DNA from: Candidatus Micrarchaeota archaeon CG1_02_49_24
GTDB taxonomy: Archaea; Micrarchaeota; Micrarchaeia; Anstonellales; UBA8471
Direction: 5' to 3'
Assembly (NCBI GenBank): GCA_001871535.1
Contig: MNVF01000048.1
Span: forward strand, 1-42,136
DNA: 42,136 bases
The notes beneath the pieces were generated by a model. That model did no database searches, was not told the DNA's origin, and saw only the letters and a list, made by a program, of their open reading frames with translations. Below are positions 42,019-42,136 of the stretch, one piece after another. The first letter of the stretch is position 1, and each line of letters starts with the position of its first letter. A program made the translations under genes and the position numbers.

Positions 42019-42136
42019 ATCAGATTTTCCGAAGAGCCCATGACACTTTGGAGCGACCCGGGCCATGTGCGATTTCATGGGCGCTCGGGCGTCGGGTTTG
42101 CCACTCAGCATTGCCGTATGGCAAACCTCGCTCCGA
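42019..42136 (+). repeat. Hairpin-rich structured repeat, copy 3 (truncated by window end)
   Basis: atcagattttccgaagagcc is identical to copy 1. The interior differs but is still self-complementary (cccatga/tcatggg; ggagcga/tcgctcc; gtttgcc/ggcaaac). Confidence 0.6.

Noticed and set aside
1-42136. CRISPR array, prompted by the Csa3-like gene and many hairpin repeats
   Set aside because: There is no series of regularly spaced identical 24-40-nt repeats with unique spacers anywhere in the window. The hairpin repeats are dispersed single units of ~90-230 nt.
1-42136. Circular contig (same 20-mer at base 1 and at 42019)
   Set aside because: The sequences diverge immediately after the 20-mer (tctctcgctg... 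versus catgacactt...). This is a repeat family, not a terminal overlap.

Overview
Archaeal chromosomal fragment. Markers are aEF-1beta, a four-CxxC COG2888-type Zn-ribbon, an archaeal-type RNase J, a Csa3-like regulator, and TATA-like boxes about 25-30 nt upstream of apparently leaderless ATGs. About 0.5-29.7 kb is a densely packed accessory/defence island. About 30.2-42.0 kb is mostly housekeeping: thioredoxin-DsbD fusion, cyclophilin, CARDB surface protein, CaCA antiporter, GT2-HAD fusion, tRNA-Arg, aEF-1beta, MBL hydrolase, HicAB and a Rad50-like ATPase. The island holds three paralogous wHTH + nucleotidyltransferase (AbiE-like) modules, one extended by an HNH nuclease, and a papain-like peptidase. 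Its centrepiece is a ~12.3-kb, ten-gene, translationally coupled minus-strand operon. In it, hsdR, hsdS and hsdM of a type I R-M system are interleaved with two Schlafen/AlbA_2 (COG2865-type) genes, two PD-(D/E)xK-like genes, a Zn-ribbon gene, a tiny ORF and a Csa3-like CARF-wHTH regulator. No CRISPR array or cas gene is present in the window. The island also holds a three-gene operon of unknowns ending in a DIP1984-like protein, a VapBC / Zn-finger / RNA-ligase / Mrr-like cassette, a NucS-like nuclease and a Fic protein. Two non-coding features stand out. First, a family of hairpin-rich ~90-230-nt repeats occurs as five copies or partial copies with helix-preserving substitutions; two copies bracket the island and two coincide with the window ends. 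Second, two cassettes are flanked by direct repeats (18 nt and 57 nt), and their junctions look like Campbell-type integration of circular DNA. All functional calls come from motif recognition by eye; no database search or structure computation was run.
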